DNA of 63,190 nt, counting the filler, from Olpidium bornovanus S191 (taxonomy: Eukaryota > Fungi > Olpidiomycota): the NCBI GenBank assembly GCA_017911155.1. It is 34 parts of 34 records of this genome, joined end to end, with 100 filler letters (N's around TTAATTAATTAA, not from the genome) between each part and the next. Parts side by side here need not be neighbours in the genome. Positions count along the whole stretch, not along the records: positions 60,809 to 62,020 come from JAEFCI010006146.1; positions 62,121 to 63,190 come from JAEFCI010005839.1; 32 more parts are not named here. One strand, given 5' to 3'. The position numbers were made by a program, and so were the translations under genes. Shown here one piece after another: positions 61,909 to 63,190 of this stretch (within the stretch, counting starts at the first letter, position 1; the number at the start of each line of letters is the position of its first letter). The notes beneath the pieces were generated by a model that saw only the letters and a program-made list of their open reading frames with translations, did not search any database and was not told where the DNA came from.

Positions 61909-62710
61909 TTCTCTTTCCCTTTCAAAAACGGCCCCAAATCGTCCCGCCGGGTCGTTTCTTTTTATTCTGCCTGGCGCTACGGTTCTAACTTCGGGGGTGC
62001 CAGACGGGGCGCGTTACATGNNNNNNNNNNNNNNNNNNNNNNNNNNNNNNNNNNNNNNNNNNNNTTAATTAATTAANNNNNNNNNNNNNNNNNNNNNNNN
62101 NNNNNNNNNNNNNNNNNNNNCATGACAAACGCAGGCTACAAGCAGGCCGCGCGGAGGTGCGCCCCAAAATCCGTATCCGCAGCCTGACAGGAAGGGCTTG
62201 CCTGGCGGCATATGGAAAAATCCTCGGCACATAACAGGAGTTTTCGGGGACACCAGCCAGGTGCAGCGGGGGTTTGCTGCGTGCGAGTTTAATCTTCGCA
62301 ATGCCGTTCGCGGCATTGGAAAATAAAGCCGGGCGGCACCTATAATATTTGCGAGCCCGCTCTGCTTTCGCTAACGTTCACCGCGTCCGGAAGTCGCCAA
62401 GTAACAATCCCCGACTATAAGGCGGCGACAAAAAAAAAACAAAAGGAAAAGAAGAAAGAAGGGTGTGGGGTGGGGGGAAGGGGAAAAAAGGGGTGGCCGT
62501 AAATTCGCGCTTAAGTTTTGTCTCGAAAACGTTATGGAAGAAACAAACAGTGTCTGCAGAAACGAAGCGCCTGTTGCGCAGCGCGCGTTCGTCCTGGACC
62601 CGAAATCAAATCGGCGTTTCCTTGACGCATTGGTCGAGTTATCGCATATTGCGCGCAAAGAGTGGGTGGGGAAAACGTACCGTGAAGACACCCCCCCCCA
62701 AATGTCTGGT

Positions 62711-63190
62711 TCAAAATTCGAAAATGTTGTCCTCATCGAATCCGAGCGCTTCCAGCGCGGGAACAACGGCCTGGAGGAGCATCGCGGGGGGACCGCAGAC
62801 GAAGCACGCGGTGTCCCCGCCGTCGGGCGGGTAGCACGCCTGGCGGACGATCCGCTCGTCGACGTAACCAGATAGGAAGCCCTCGGGCAGCCGCCCGTCT
62901 TCGGGCGGGCACGTGATGACGTGGCGCAGCCGGAATCGTTCGGGGAAGCGGCGGGCGAGGGCGTCCAGCTCGTCGCGGCAGATAACGTCCGAGAGCGTCT
63001 TGTTGGAGAAAACGAAGCTGATCAGCGCGGCCGAACAGCTGGGCCGGGTTCTCCAGGTTCGGCCGCCGCGGACTTTCTCGCGAGAGTCGCTGCCGCGCGG
63101 AGAACCCTCGGACTCGGTTCCGCTCTGGAGCGTGGATTCTTCGCTGTCTTCGTGCGGCAAATTCGACTCGGTCTCTGTCTCGGGATCATG
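62711..63190 (-). CDS. NADH-cytochrome b5 reductase-like FAD/NAD oxidoreductase, C-terminal NAD-binding domain (5' partial)
   Basis: ISFVFSNKTLSDVICRDELDALARRFPERFRLRHVIT...GYVDERIVRQ...TACFVCGPPAML...LEALGFDEDNIFEF*. Confidence 0.9.
   Translation of the reverse strand, partial: HDPETETESNLPHEDSEESTLQSGTESEGSPRGSDSREKVRGGRTWRTRPSCSAALISFVFSNKTLSDVICRDELDALARRFPERFRLRHVITCPPEDGRLPEGFLSGYVDERIVRQACYPPDGGDTACFVCGPPAMLLQAVVPALEALGFDEDNIFEF

Noticed and set aside
62465-62875. Plus-strand 136-aa ORF overlapping the oxidoreductase 3' end
   Set aside because: It has no recognisable motif and is partly an antisense shadow.
56469-63190. Lipid or secondary-metabolite gene cluster (FAS, oxidoreductase, transposon)
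   Set aside because: The genes sit on separate contigs joined by artificial linkers.

Overview
This window is not a continuous locus. It is a pseudo-scaffold of 34 short eukaryotic contigs (about 1-4 kb each) joined by 33 identical 100-bp artificial linkers (N44-TTAATTAATTAA-N44, a six-frame stop spacer), so adjacency across linkers carries no biological meaning. The genes are GC-rich, contain many short GT-AG introns and look fungal (fungal type I FAS with C-terminal PPT, Vps27, Cns1, Rrt8/Lds-like, Sgm1/TMF1). An early-diverging, possibly zoosporic fungus such as Olpidium is my inference, not something the sequence proves. Recognisable, mostly partial genes: Sec7 ARF-GEF, VPS27, ARP3, CNS1/TTC4, CDC16/APC6, ATG12, a 7TM-like membrane protein, an ECM4-type omega-like GST, an SMP/LEA-like small protein, cytoplasmic dynein heavy chain, beta-carbonic anhydrase, cyclophilin A, an EI24/Rrt8-like protein, SMC5, PNP, an E2 enzyme, a multi-IQ protein, FAS, TMF1/SGM1 and a cytochrome b5 reductase-like oxidoreductase. 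Degenerate Ty1/Copia, hAT and Tc1/mariner-like transposon remnants are also present. The best leads are a Ty1/Copia element with a chromodomain immediately upstream of its reverse transcriptase, a strong excess of contig ends at CATG with one CATG-joined dynamin/PNP chimera, a clade-B (bacteria/plant-like) beta-carbonic anhydrase with introns, and an AT-rich orphan-gene cassette among hAT remnants. I found no RNA genes or CRISPR arrays, and no convincing complete novel system.
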